DNA from: Candidatus Eiseniibacteriota bacterium
Lineage (GTDB): Bacteria > Eisenbacteria > RBG-16-71-46
DNA length: 18,510 nucleotides
Assembly: GCA_031364845.1 (NCBI GenBank)
Contig: JANLWX010000044.1
Coordinates: 1 to 18,510, forward strand
Direction of reading: 5' to 3'
Below the pieces are notes generated by a model, which made no database searches, was not told where the DNA came from, and worked only from the letters and a program-made list of their open reading frames with translations. A program made the position numbers and the translations under genes. Within the stretch, counting starts at the first letter, position 1. Each line of letters begins with the position of its first letter. Shown here piece after piece: positions 7,710 to 15,032 of this stretch.

Positions 7710-8699
7710 ATGCGCAAAAGGGATCGAAGCCCCCGCACGGGTTGGAGCCACTGGTTTCCGTATGTGGTGTTCCTGCTGATCCTCCTGCTCGCTCCGGTGT
7801 TCGCCTACGCACAGACCGCCGACACGGTGGTCGTGCGGTGGACGGCACCGGGCGACGACGGGTCGGTCGGGATCGCGGCCGCCTACGACCTTCGGGTCTC
7901 CGAATCACCGATCACGGCTTCGAACTTCAATCAGGCGCAGGCGGTGACCGGGCTTCCGGCGCCGACCGCGCCGGGTTCGCGCCAGCGCGTGACGCTGCGC
8001 GGACTCACGCGCGGAACGTCGTACTACTTCGCGATCAAGACCCGCGACGACGCCGGCAACTGGGCGCCGATCTCGAACCTTCCGCGCTACGACTGGGTGC
8101 TCGACGCGGCACCTCCTGCGGCTCCGTCAGGACTCAGCGCCGCCAAGGATGGCGCGGCGGTGCACGTGCAGTGGTCGGCGAACAGCGAAGCGGATCTCGT
8201 CGGCTACAAAGTGTATCGCTCGACTTCGGCGAGCGGGACCTTCGAGCCTGCGAGCTCGCTGCTCGTCACCGACAACGAATACACCGACTCGAATCTGCCG
8301 GACGGCGCCACCGCGCTCTGGTATCGCGTGTCCGCCATGGACGCGAACGACAACGAGAGTGCGCACAGCGCGAGCATCTCGGTGTCGCTCACGACCGCAA
8401 CCTCCGCGACCACGGTGAAAGTCGAAGAGGGCTATCCCAATCCGAGCCGCATGAACAAGCCGGTGCGCATTCCGATCGTGATCCCGGCCAATGGGGCAGT
8501 GGACGCGTACGTCGAAGTCGTCGACTCGGGAAGCCGCCGCGTGCGCACCATCCGGCTCGGCAATCTCGTTGCCGGCCGCCAGGAAGTCACGTGGGACGGC
8601 AAGAACGACGCGGGCCAGGTCTGTGCTCCCGGCGTGTACCGCGGATGGGTCGTGTCTCGCGAAGATCGTCAGAGCATCCGGATCGTCCGGGTTCCATGA
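7710..8699 (+). CDS. Secreted FN3-FN3 protein with C-terminal T9SS type A sorting-like / FlgD-Ig domain
   Basis: Signal ...VVFLLILLLAPVFAYA|Q. FN3 1 is WTAPGDDG...YYFAIKTRDDAGNWAPISN. FN3 2 is WSANSEADLVGYKVYRS...WYRVSAMDANDNES. The C-terminal domain is YPNP...VVDSGSRRVRTI...GRQEVTWDGKNDAG..CAPGVY. Confidence 0.88.
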   Translation: MRKRDRSPRTGWSHWFPYVVFLLILLLAPVFAYAQTADTVVVRWTAPGDDGSVGIAAAYDLRVSESPITASNFNQAQAVTGLPAPTAPGSRQRVTLRGLTRGTSYYFAIKTRDDAGNWAPISNLPRYDWVLDAAPPAAPSGLSAAKDGAAVHVQWSANSEADLVGYKVYRSTSASGTFEPASSLLVTDNEYTDSNLPDGATALWYRVSAMDANDNESAHSASISVSLTTATSATTVKVEEGYPNPSRMNKPVRIPIVIPANGAVDAYVEVVDSGSRRVRTIRLGNLVAGRQEVTWDGKNDAGQVCAPGVYRGWVVSREDRQSIRIVRVP

Positions 8700-8713
8700 G
8701 TCGGAGGAAGATC

Positions 8714-10108
8714 ATGAAGATCGAGCAGCTCGCTTTGTTCGCGTCCCTCGCGATCATTGCCATGCCCGGTGCGGCGCGCGCCGGCTCCGAAGCCGCGGGC
8801 ACGACGGCGGCGAATTTTCTCAGCACCGGATCCGGCACGGCCGTTCTCGGACGCGGCGGTGCCACGCTCGGACTCAGCGGCGAGGCCGGGCTCTCGTCGT
8901 GGAATCCGGGAGCGCTCGGGTTCTTGCGCGAAACGCAGATCTCGCTGTCGCACGCGACGCTGATCGACGAGCACACGCAGGAGTACCTCGCGGCCGGCGG
9001 GCGCATGCTGCGCTCGGATCTGCGGTGGTCGGCGTTCGGACTCTACGAGAGCGAAGGCTCGTTCGAAGGACGCGACGCTTTCAACAACTCGACCGGCAGC
9101 TTCAACGTCTCGAGCTTCGCCGGCGGCGGACACCTTGCGTATCCGATCGGCGGTGTCGCCTCGATCGGCGTCGGCGGCAAGTGGGTGAACGAGAGTCTCG
9201 GCGCCAATCGCGGCGCGGGCATGGCGTGGGACGCCGGATTCCAGGCGCACACCGGCATGTTCGGCTTCGGTTTCGCCGCACAGAACGCGTTCGGGAAGAT
9301 GCGCTTCGGCAATCAGACGTTCGACTTCCCGACCAACTACGGCGTCGGGGTCGCGCTCGATCACGCCGAAAGCGGCCTGCGCATCGCCCTCGACGCCAAC
9401 TTCCCGACGTCCTACTACAACGACGTGCGCACCGGAGTCGAGTGGCGGTGGCGTGATCTGGTCGCGGTGCGCGGCGGCTATCGCGCGGCGCTCGGCGCGC
9501 CTACCAACGAAACGCTGAGCGGTCCCACGTTCGGCTTCGGCGCCGGCGTATACGGGATGTGGATGGACTATGGCTATGTGATCCCGGGCAGCGGCGAGGC
9601 GCAGCATCGGTTCGGAATCTCGCTGCGTCCGGGCCGCATGAGCCTCGGCGGCGGCGCACTCGGACACGAAGAGAGTCCGGCCGCGATGCCCTCGCACGCA
9701 CCGCGCGCCGAAGTGCAGCGCGCGAGCAACGAGCCCGCGGCGTCTTCGCCTCCTCCGGTGGTCGTCGCGCAGCCCGCGCCGATCGTCGTGGTGCCGGAAG
9801 TCGTGCCGCCGCCGGCGACCGTCACTTCGACCCCGGTGCCGCAGGCGAGTGTCGCACCGCCCTCAGCCGGTGCACCGGTGACCAAGGTCGAAGTGGTTCC
9901 GGCGCAGGTCTCGCAGGCTTCAGACTCCGGGACGGACGAAACGCCGAAGAAGAAGAAGTCCAAGAAAGAGAAGAAGCAGAAGAAGACGAAGATCGAGAAG
10001 CCGGCCGACGACGCGGCGGCGGCTCAGGAGGAAGAAGAGTCCGAGGATCCATTCGAAGCCGCGATCACGCGCGCCAAAAAGCTCAAGCCGGGGATTCGGA
10101 TAAAGTAG
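8714..10108 (+). CDS. PorV/PorQ-family (UPF0164, FadL-like) outer-membrane beta-barrel with long low-complexity C-terminal tail
   Basis: GGAGGA SD before ATG 8714 (ATG 8696 overlapping the upstream stop is an alternative). Signal ending AARA. GTTAANFL.....A.LGRGGA.......SSWNPGALG is the PorV-family N-terminal pattern, followed by alternating beta-strands (GVEWRWRDLVAVRGGY, TFGFGAG, MDYGY, HRFGISLR). The ORF-track extension to 7742 overlaps the previous gene and is rejected. Confidence 0.82.
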   Translation: MKIEQLALFASLAIIAMPGAARAGSEAAGTTAANFLSTGSGTAVLGRGGATLGLSGEAGLSSWNPGALGFLRETQISLSHATLIDEHTQEYLAAGGRMLRSDLRWSAFGLYESEGSFEGRDAFNNSTGSFNVSSFAGGGHLAYPIGGVASIGVGGKWVNESLGANRGAGMAWDAGFQAHTGMFGFGFAAQNAFGKMRFGNQTFDFPTNYGVGVALDHAESGLRIALDANFPTSYYNDVRTGVEWRWRDLVAVRGGYRAALGAPTNETLSGPTFGFGAGVYGMWMDYGYVIPGSGEAQHRFGISLRPGRMSLGGGALGHEESPAAMPSHAPRAEVQRASNEPAASSPPPVVVAQPAPIVVVPEVVPPPATVTSTPVPQASVAPPSAGAPVTKVEVVPAQVSQASDSGTDETPKKKKSKKEKKQKKTKIEKPADDAAAAQEEEESEDPFEAAITRAKKLKPGIRIK

Positions 10109-10109
10109 C

Positions 10110-10208
10110 CGGGACGTTTTCGACAAACCCTCGAAAGAGGGCGGCCGCAGAATCGCCGATGGGCGTTCGCGGCCAGGTGATCGGGCCTCTTACCAGGGGC
10201 CCGTCCCG
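10110..10208 (+). other. Multi-hairpin structured element between convergent genes
   Basis: Closing stem CGGGAC(10110-15)/GTCCCG(10203-08). Hairpins CCCTC-GAAA-GAGGG (10128-41), GGCCGC.GAA.CGCC-GATG-GGCG-TTC-GCGGCC (10143-74) and GGGCCTCT-TACC-AGGGGCCC (10183-10202). Confidence 0.55.
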
Positions 10209-10216
10209 CTTTCGGC

Positions 10217-11314
10217 CTACAGCGGAAACGCGCCTTCGAACTTCGTGCCTTCGCCCATCGCGATCGCGTATTTCATCTGTTCCTGGATGTGGGCGGGCAT
10301 GTCCTTGTAGACGTCGGTGAACAGCGTCTCGAGCGGAGGCGGAGGGAGGGCTTCGGCTTCGCGCACGGCGACACCGATCTCGTCGTTGATCTCCGCGGTC
10401 CACGTCTCGGTGTCGGCCGGGGCCACGATCGACTGCGCTTCGAGATAGGTGCGCAGCCGCAGCACCGGATCGCGCCGTTCCCATTCGCCCACGGTTTCGC
10501 CGTCGCGATAGCGCGTGGGATCGTCGCTCGAGGAGTGACCGCCCATGCGGAACGTCAGTGCTTCGATCAGCGTCGGTCCATCTCCGCGTCGCGCGCGCTC
10601 GACGGCTTCGCGCGTCGCGGCGATCACGGCGAAGATGTCGTTGCCGTCCACGCGGATGCCGGGAAATCCATACGCGACCGCTTTCACCGCGATGCTCTCG
10701 GATGCGGTCTGGAGCGAAAGCGGCACCGAGATCGCCCACTGATTGTTCTGGCAGAAGAACACGACCGGCATGCGGTAGACGCCGGCGAAGTTCGCCGCGG
10801 CGTGGAAGTCGGAAGACGACGAGGCGCCGTCGCCGAGATAGCCCATCATCACTTCACCGGTCTTGCGCAGTTTGGCTGCCCACGCCGCACCCATCGCATG
10901 GACGAGCTGCGTGCCGATCACCGACGACCACGCCACGCTGCGCACCCGGCGATCGCTGAAGTGACACGGCATCTGGCGGCCGATCAGCACGTCGCCGCTG
11001 TTGCCGATCAACTGACACACCATCTCCTTCACCGTGGTGCCGCGCCACAGCGACACCCCCATCTCGCGCAGCGCCGGAAACACCCAGTCGGTTTCGCCGA
11101 GCGCGTACGCGGAGCCGGTGACCGCCGCTTCCTGTCCGGTCGCGGTGCCGTAGAAGCCGATGCGGCCCTGGCGCTGCAGCGACAGCATGCGCGTGTCGAG
11201 CACGCGCATCTTCACCATGTGGCGGTAGAGGCGGCGCAGATCATCGGGCGGGATCGAAGGCGGCGTGCCGATGAGTTTGCCCGCCGGGTCCAGGATCTGA
11301 AGCGTCGTGGTCAC
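10217..11314 (-). CDS. 2-oxoacid dehydrogenase E1 alpha subunit (pdhA/bkdA type)
   Basis: LQRQGRIGFY, GQEA, GRQMPCHF, TPP motif GDGA...NNQWAIS and RMGGHSSSDDPTRYR. GTG start at 11314 overlaps the E2 TGA. The ORF-track upstream extension is a shadow of the E2 gene. Confidence 0.93.
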   Translation of the reverse strand: MTTTLQILDPAGKLIGTPPSIPPDDLRRLYRHMVKMRVLDTRMLSLQRQGRIGFYGTATGQEAAVTGSAYALGETDWVFPALREMGVSLWRGTTVKEMVCQLIGNSGDVLIGRQMPCHFSDRRVRSVAWSSVIGTQLVHAMGAAWAAKLRKTGEVMMGYLGDGASSSSDFHAAANFAGVYRMPVVFFCQNNQWAISVPLSLQTASESIAVKAVAYGFPGIRVDGNDIFAVIAATREAVERARRGDGPTLIEALTFRMGGHSSSDDPTRYRDGETVGEWERRDPVLRLRTYLEAQSIVAPADTETWTAEINDEIGVAVREAEALPPPPLETLFTDVYKDMPAHIQEQMKYAIAMGEGTKFEGAFPL

Positions 11315-12561
11315 GAGAGATCTCCGGGAGTGAGCCAGCCGTCGGGGTTCTGCAGCCGTTCGATCAGCGCGTAGAGGAAGTCCGTGCCGACCGCGCCGTC
11401 GACCACGCGATGGTCGAGCGACAGCGAAAGGTTGCCGAGGCTGCGGATCACGATCGCACCGTCGACCACGGCCGGCTTCGGCTTCACTTCGTGCACGCCG
11501 AGGATCGAAACTTGAGGATGATGAAGGATCGGCGTCGCCAGGACGCCGCCTTTGGCACCGGTGCTCGTGATGGTGAACGTGCCGCCGTGCAGTTCCTCGA
11601 CCTCGAGCTTGTGTGCGCGCGCGGCCGAGGACAGCCGCTCGATCTCGCGCGCGATGCCGAACAGCGTCATGCGGTCGGCATGATGGAGGATCGGCACCGT
11701 GAGGCCGTCGTCGGTGTTGGTCGCGAGCCCGAGATGGTAGTAGCGCTTGAGCACGATCTCGTGCGTGGCGTCGTCGAGCGAGCTGTTGAGCAGCGGGAAG
11801 CGCTGGAGCGGCTCGATCACCGCGCGGAACACATAGGCGAGGTACGTGAGCTTGATCCCGGCCGCGGCCGCGCTCGCTTTCGCGCGCTCGCGATGCTCGA
11901 TCAGCGGCGTGAAGTCGCACTCGGCGACGAACGTGAACTGCGCGGTGGTCGAGAGCGACTTGCGCATGTGCTCGGCGATGCGGCGGCGCAGGCCGCGCAG
12001 CGGCGCGCGGGTTTCGGGTTCTTCGGGATTCGCGGCGGCGGCGGGTGAATTCGCATTGGCGGCGCCGGCGCCGGTGGTCGCGCCGGATCCGGCAACGCGC
12101 TTCACGTCGTCGGCCGTGATCGCGCCCTGAGGTCCCGAGCCGCTCAGGCCTTCGAGTGCGACGCCGAGCTGCTTCGCGAGCGCGCGCACCGCGGGCGTCG
12201 CCTGCACGCGCGCACCCGCCGCCGGTGCGGCCGGGGCGCTGACTGTGGCGTTCGCGGAAACGGGAGAGGGCGCGCCATGCCCCGTACCGTGCGCAGCGGG
12301 CGCGGGTGTTGCACCCGCGCCCCCGGCGACCGCGATCGATACGATCACCGTGCCGACCGGCACCATCGCGCCCTCTTCGACATGCAACGCGTCGATCGTT
12401 CCCGTCCGCGGCGAAGGAATCTCCACACTCGCCTTGTCGGTCATCACCTCGACCAGCGGCTGCTCTTCCTTCACCGCTTCGCCCGCTTTCACCAGCCACC
12501 GCACGATCTCGCCTTCGGCGACGCCTTCGCCGATGTCGGGGAGCTTCACGTCGTAGTTCAT
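11311..12561 (-). CDS. Dihydrolipoamide acyltransferase E2 (pdhC/bkdB type)
   Basis: Single lipoyl domain (LPDIGEGVAEGEI...MTDKASVEIPSP), Ala/Pro linker, E3/E1-binding domain ATPAVRALAKQLGV..GSGPQGAI and catalytic DHRVVDG. Confidence 0.95.
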   Translation of the reverse strand: MNYDVKLPDIGEGVAEGEIVRWLVKAGEAVKEEQPLVEVMTDKASVEIPSPRTGTIDALHVEEGAMVPVGTVIVSIAVAGGAGATPAPAAHGTGHGAPSPVSANATVSAPAAPAAGARVQATPAVRALAKQLGVALEGLSGSGPQGAITADDVKRVAGSGATTGAGAANANSPAAAANPEEPETRAPLRGLRRRIAEHMRKSLSTTAQFTFVAECDFTPLIEHRERAKASAAAAGIKLTYLAYVFRAVIEPLQRFPLLNSSLDDATHEIVLKRYYHLGLATNTDDGLTVPILHHADRMTLFGIAREIERLSSAARAHKLEVEELHGGTFTITSTGAKGGVLATPILHHPQVSILGVHEVKPKPAVVDGAIVIRSLGNLSLSLDHRVVDGAVGTDFLYALIERLQNPDGWLTPGDLS

Positions 12562-12577
12562 CGCGGATCTCCGGACA

Positions 12578-13552
12578 TCAGTACGCCATCACGTGTTCCA
12601 ACGCGCGCACCACTCGCGGCGCGTCGGGGAGATAGGAGTGTTCGAGCGTGAACGGAAACGGCGTGTCGTAACCGGTGACGCGCAGCACCGGAGCCGCGAG
12701 CGAAGTGAGCGCGCGCTCGGCGAGCAGCGCCGCCAGCTCTGCACCGTAGCCGCAGGTGCGCGGCGCTTCGTGCAGGATCACCGCACGCCCGGTGCGCGTC
12801 ACGCTCGCGAGCACCGCGTCCTGATCGAGCGGCACCAGCGTGCGCAGGTCCAGCACTTCCACCGACCATCCGCGTTCGGCGACCGCGTCGGCCGCCTCGA
12901 TCGCGATCGGCACCATCGCGCCGTAGGCGAGGACGGTGCAGTGATCACCCGCGCGCGCGATCCGCGCTTTGGAGAGCGGCACCGTGTAATGACCCTCGGC
13001 GACCTCTTCTTTCACCGAACGATAGAGCCGCTTGGGCTCGAGGAAGATCACCGGATCCTCGCCCGCGAGTGCGGCGAGCAGCAGGCCCTTCGCGTCGGAC
13101 GGGGTCGAAGGAATCACGACCGTGAGCCCGGCGGTATGGCAGAAGTACGCTTCGGGACTCTGCGAATGGTAGAGCCCGCCGCGGATGCCGCCGCCATAAG
13201 GAGCGCGGACGATCACCGGGCAGCTGTACTGGCCGGCCGACCGCCACCGCATCTTCGCGAGTTCCGAGACGATCTGATCGAACGCGGGATAGATGAAGTC
13301 GACGAACTGGATCTCGGCGATCGGGCGCATGCCGTGGAGCGCCATGCCGATCGCGCCGCCGACGATCCCGTTCTCCGCGAGCGGCGTGTCGGCGACCCGG
13401 TCGGCGCCGAACTCGGCCTGCAGGCCTTCGGTCACGCGGAACACGCCGCCGTTCAGGCCGATGTCCTCGCCGATCAGCACGACGTTGGGATCGGATCGCA
13501 GGGCCACGCGCAAGGCGTCCTGGATGGCCTGGACCATGGTCATCTGCGGCAT
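12578..13552 (-). CDS. 2-oxoacid dehydrogenase E1 beta subunit (pdhB/bkdA2 type)
   Basis: GGAGG SD before ATG 13552. GEDIG..GGVFRVTEGL, DTPLAE, AEIQFVDF, GGLYHSQSPEA, DPVIFLEPK, DLRTLVPLD and RVTGYDTPFP. Confidence 0.95.
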   Translation of the reverse strand: MPQMTMVQAIQDALRVALRSDPNVVLIGEDIGLNGGVFRVTEGLQAEFGADRVADTPLAENGIVGGAIGMALHGMRPIAEIQFVDFIYPAFDQIVSELAKMRWRSAGQYSCPVIVRAPYGGGIRGGLYHSQSPEAYFCHTAGLTVVIPSTPSDAKGLLLAALAGEDPVIFLEPKRLYRSVKEEVAEGHYTVPLSKARIARAGDHCTVLAYGAMVPIAIEAADAVAERGWSVEVLDLRTLVPLDQDAVLASVTRTGRAVILHEAPRTCGYGAELAALLAERALTSLAAPVLRVTGYDTPFPFTLEHSYLPDAPRVVRALEHVMAY

Positions 13553-13668
13553 GGATCGATCCTCCGGTGAAGGGTTTCCAACGAAGCGCGCGGAGGTTCG
13601 CATACGCTCCCAAGCTCCGCAAACCCGCGTCCTTCGGGGCGATCCGCCCGCGGCGGGCCATTCGATAG

Positions 13669-13682
13669 TTAGGCTTGACTAA
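13669..13682. promoter_or_regulatory. DtxR-family MntR/SirR-type operator, box 1 (overlaps a TTGACT -35-like hexamer)
   Basis: TTAG-GCTTGA-CTAA has the same architecture as the staphylococcal SirR/MntR box TTAGGTTAACCTAA. It lies in the most AT-rich patch of the window, upstream of an operon encoding a DtxR/MntR repressor. TTGACT is at 13675-13680. Confidence 0.7.
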
Positions 13683-13690
13683 TTACAGAA

Positions 13691-13704
13691 TTAGCTATAT
13701 CTAA
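13691..13704. promoter_or_regulatory. DtxR-family MntR/SirR-type operator, box 2
   Basis: (A)TTAG-CTATAT-CTAA(T) starts exactly 22 bp after box 1 and covers the expected -10 region. Confidence 0.7.
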
Positions 13705-13781
13705 TACCCCGGCGTGCCGATCCGAGTCGAAGGGTGGAGCAATCCACCGGACCGCACGGCAGCGAATGGAGGAGGCCGAAC

Positions 13782-15032
13782 ATGAGACCAACTCGACATC
13801 CAGGCGCCCGGCCGGGATTCCTGCGGGGCGTGGCACTTTCGATCCGCCCGGTGTTCGCGCTGGCCGCGGTCGTGTTGGGGCTCGCCGCCTGCGACCGGTT
13901 GATGACGACCGCACCCTCGAGCGGCGACCTGTTCGACGCTCCACTCACCGGGCTGTCGGCCGCCGAACTCGCGGCGTTCGCCGAGGGCGATGCGCAGTTC
14001 GGCCTGGCCTTCGCGCCCGCGGCCGGGCTGGGGCCGATCTTCAACAACGTGTCGTGCGCCTCGTGCCACAGCGGCGACGGACGGGGCCGCCCCGAGAATG
14101 CGCTCACGCGATTCAGCCGCAGCGGGGATCCGGTGCGCGAGCTCGGCGGACCGCAGCTTCAGGACCGCGCGATCCCCGGCGCCGAGGCGGAGACCGTGCC
14201 GGAAGGTGTCGAGACATCACTGCGGCTTCCGCCGCCGGTGTTCGGCGTCGGTCTCATCGAAGCAATTCCCGAGGCCGACATTCTGGCCTACGCCGACGAA
14301 TCGGATGCCGATCAGGACGGGATCTCGGGCCGGCCCAACTACGTGACCCCGCCCGACTTCCTTCCCGCGCACGGCGGGGGCGTTCCGGTGGTCGGACGTT
14401 TCAGCCGCAAGGCGCAGGTCGCGAGCATCCTCCAGCAGACGGTCGAGGCGTATCACCAGGACATGGGGATCACCACGGACTTCATCACCGACGACAATCA
14501 CAATCCGCTCGCGAGCGGCGCCACCGTCGCTGCCGATCGGGTCGCCGACCCCGAACTCGCCACGGCCTCGGTGCTGGCCGTGGTGGCGTACTTGAGGATG
14601 CTCGCTCCGCCCGAGCCGGGGCCGATGACACCGGGCCGCATCCGCGGTCGCGCAATGTTCGATCAGGTCCAGTGCGGAAGCTGCCACGTTCCGTCGTTCG
14701 AGACCGGCACCTCGTCGATCCCCGCGCTGAGAAATCGCACCGCACAACTCTATTCGGATCTGCTCCTGCACGACATGGGCGAGGGCCTCGCCGATGGACG
14801 ACCCGATGGCCAGGCGAACGGGCGCGAGTGGCGCACCACGCCGCTGTGGGGACTGCGCATCATGCGTGAGTTCCTCAAGGGGCAGGTGTTCCTGATGCAC
14901 GATGGCCGCGCGCGTTCGGTCGATCAGGCGATCCGTCTGCACGGCGGCGAGGCGGACTCCGCGCGCATCCGGTTCGAAGCGCTCCCGAGCGCGGATCGTG
15001 CGGCGTTGATCGACTTCGTGGAGTCGCGGTGA
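13782..15032 (+). CDS. Di-heme cytochrome c oxidoreductase (DHOR family, putative peroxidase), lipoprotein
   Basis: GGAGGAGG SD before ATG 13782. Lipobox LAA|C. Two CXXCH motifs (CASCH, CGSCH). DHOR-family motifs GLGPIFN, GVGLIEAI, DADQDGISGR, YSDLLLHDMG, WRTTPLWGL and HDGRARS..AI..HGGEA. Confidence 0.9.
   Translation: MRPTRHPGARPGFLRGVALSIRPVFALAAVVLGLAACDRLMTTAPSSGDLFDAPLTGLSAAELAAFAEGDAQFGLAFAPAAGLGPIFNNVSCASCHSGDGRGRPENALTRFSRSGDPVRELGGPQLQDRAIPGAEAETVPEGVETSLRLPPPVFGVGLIEAIPEADILAYADESDADQDGISGRPNYVTPPDFLPAHGGGVPVVGRFSRKAQVASILQQTVEAYHQDMGITTDFITDDNHNPLASGATVAADRVADPELATASVLAVVAYLRMLAPPEPGPMTPGRIRGRAMFDQVQCGSCHVPSFETGTSSIPALRNRTAQLYSDLLLHDMGEGLADGRPDGQANGREWRTTPLWGLRIMREFLKGQVFLMHDGRARSVDQAIRLHGGEADSARIRFEALPSADRAALIDFVESR

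Noticed and set aside
7006..8078. Exact nucleotide repeats between the two FN3 genes (18 nt at 7006/7848; 21 nt at 7216/8058) as DGR or CRISPR-like repeats
   Set aside because: They encode conserved peptides (PGDDGS, NWAPISN) in paralogous domains. There is no reverse transcriptase, adenine-specific variation or regular spacing.
7742..8695. Apparent 788-aa fusion ORF extending the PorV-like gene upstream
   Set aside because: The extension overlaps the FN3-CTD gene in another frame. A good SD and signal peptide start at 8714.
10122..10152. Resemblance of CAAACCCTC-GAAA-GAGGG..CGCAGAA to the c-di-GMP-I (GEMM) riboswitch
   Set aside because: It lacks the GGCAAA and GACGCAAAG cores and lies 3' of two convergent genes, so it has no gene to control. 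It is kept only as a generic structured element.
11315..12499. Apparent N-terminal extension making E1 alpha 760 aa
   Set aside because: It is an out-of-frame overlap with the E2 gene. E1 alpha similarity begins at GTG 11314.
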